Source: Eremomyces bilateralis CBS 781.70
Lineage: Eukaryota
Strand: one strand, 5' to 3'
NCBI GenBank assembly: GCA_010015585.1
Contig: ML975153.1
Length of the DNA stretch: 64,000 nt
Of this stretch, positions 63,381-64,000 are shown in pieces. Each line of letters opens with the position of its first letter. Positions within the stretch are counted from its first letter, which is position 1. Below the pieces are notes generated by a model, which saw nothing but the letters and a program-made list of their open reading frames with translations, searched no databases and was not told the origin of the DNA. Made by a program: the position numbers and the translations under genes.

Positions 63381-64000
63381 GCGGACTACGCCTGGATCGA
63401 GCGAGTGATGCACGAATATTCAAGAGATCAAAATCTGCAGTCCACGCACCTCTTGAATCGCAAAACGGAGGCTAGGAATTACGAGCCCATAGACGCTTCA
63501 AGCGGAGGTCTTATTAAGATATCCTGCATAAGTCCGGTGCTTTAGGTTGGTTTGATGCAGGTTGACTTCAACTGTACCATCATGATTTTATACCCCGGGT
63601 CTAACGGATTGCATAACTGGTTCATGGTCCATATCGGGCTGGCAGGAAGCCAATGGGAGTTACGGCTGGTGGGCGTCGCCAACTGCCTTGCATGAGACGC
63701 GGTCTAGGGGCTTGTTTGGCCATCAGAGCCAACCAGGATGGATAACCCCTTGGGAATGTCCCACTGGATTCAAGATATACTTGGAAGGTTCCTCGTGGCT
63801 GAATTGGCAACTACGATTGCTTTCAAATTTAAGTTCGCTCTTGTATTTCAATTTGAAAAGATGGTTTTTCCTGATTAGAGTCGGATTCTGAAATTCCGTG
63901 AAATCACACTACTTCATCTTGAACGAGGTAGTGTGTCCTGATCGAGAATTGCAAGAGTCCGGCGATACGGCTCTCCGAATTAAACTCGATATGATATTGG

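Overview
Filamentous ascomycete (Pezizomycotina-like) genomic DNA with spliceosomal introns and three N-gaps. Conserved-looking genes (TPR/DUF4470 protein, SAM-type mitochondrial carrier, DUF3824 protein, DUF1446/AtuA-like protein, a long low-complexity protein, RCD1/CAF40) are separated by accessory blocks. Block 1 (~3.9-22.5 kb) holds a HET-NB-ARC-TPR NLR, a frameshifted DUF3435 tyrosine-recombinase (Starship captain-type) gene, a membrane-anchored lectin-like gene, solo LTRs, a MITE, a PNP_UDP fragment joined to an HNH-nuclease gene, and a Ty3/gypsy fragment. Block 2 (~28.2-43.4 kb, plus 45.7-47.5 kb) holds a TA-flanked DD34E Tc1-like transposon that carries an unexplained second 630-aa ORF, a small Cys-rich secreted protein, a sulfotransferase-like pseudogene, a two-repeat secreted protein and two nearly identical inverted Fot1/pogo elements. 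Block 3 (~52.1-61.7 kb) starts with a diverged copy of an element end also found at ~4.4-5.1 kb (a probable relic captain N-terminus) and carries a decayed PNP_UDP-NACHT-ankyrin NLR and a nuclease-like (DUF7924-type) gene. The most notable signals are the two-ORF Tc1 element and the repeated pairing of captain-like recombinase relics with NLR, nuclease and lectin cargo. All domain calls come from motif recognition by eye; no searches were run.
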